NCBI RefSeq assembly: GCF_006345805.1
Contig: NC_042998.1
Span: forward strand, 65,782,001-65,846,000
DNA from: Octopus sinensis
Taxonomy: Eukaryota
Reading direction: 5' to 3'
DNA length: 64,000 bases
Shown: positions 63,573 to 64,000 of the stretch, piece by piece
How positions within the stretch are numbered: position 1 is the first letter of the stretch
Layout: each line of letters begins with the position of its first letter
Notes under the pieces: generated by a model
What the model saw: only the letters and a program-made list of their open reading frames with translations
Database searches by the model: none
What the model was told of the DNA's origin: nothing
Program-made: the position numbers and the translations under genes

Positions 63573-64000
63573 TAACGAATCTTACAGTAAACTTTCCGAA
63601 TATTCATAAATTATTCCTAGCGTTCGTAAAATGTCAAAACTACCCCACATAGCTTGTCATTTGTAAAAATGTCTGAGTTAAATATCCCTATCAAATCTCA
63701 CTCAATTTATCAGTAAACATCTGCAGATAGCAGAATATCAATTATATGCATGCGCAATATTTTGTATTAAGGAATGTGTTTACATAGTAAAGTAAATTAC
63801 AAAAGAATTACTACAGAAATATAGAAAATAAGGAATATATCACTGAAGCTTTTAGGATTTCAGCAACTAAAACGAGAATCAATAAAATGTGTCAGAGAAA
63901 ACAACCTAAATAAGAATTTTAAAAAACTCCTTAAATTAAAATAACACTTGAGGCAGACGATATCACCATTCAATGACGAACAATCCATAGTGTTGATAAC

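Overview
AT-rich, microsatellite-dense eukaryotic DNA with no prokaryotic features. The dispersed SINE families and composition suggest an octopus genome (inference from recalled repeat motifs, not a search). The window is mostly transposon relics: a near full-length CR1/L2-group LINE (about 7.0-11.5 kb; ORF1 with a Myb/SANT-like domain and two CCCH fingers, ORF2 with APE and RT), two more CR1-type 3' fragments, an internally deleted R4/Dong-type LINE (29.96-33.27 kb) with three related fragments, two Penelope-like GIY-YIG remnants, four mariner remnants, a Tc2-like MITE, and many tRNA-derived SINEs (working labels A, B, C, H). No intact protein-coding gene or tRNA could be established; a few weak minus-strand exon candidates have fibronectin-III-like features. 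The most notable signal is SINE family H: a Pol III tRNA-like head, an (AAT)n spacer and a minimal type I hammerhead ribozyme. It gives five hammerhead-region copies, including a head-to-head dimer flanked by a 13-bp direct repeat and one copy split by the Dong LINE inside its (AAT)n spacer. An unrelated GUC-type hammerhead lies in a 560-bp terminally redundant unit at 42.0-42.7 kb. Some duplications and frameshifts look like assembly artefacts. All alignments and translations were done by eye and most repeat boundaries are approximate.
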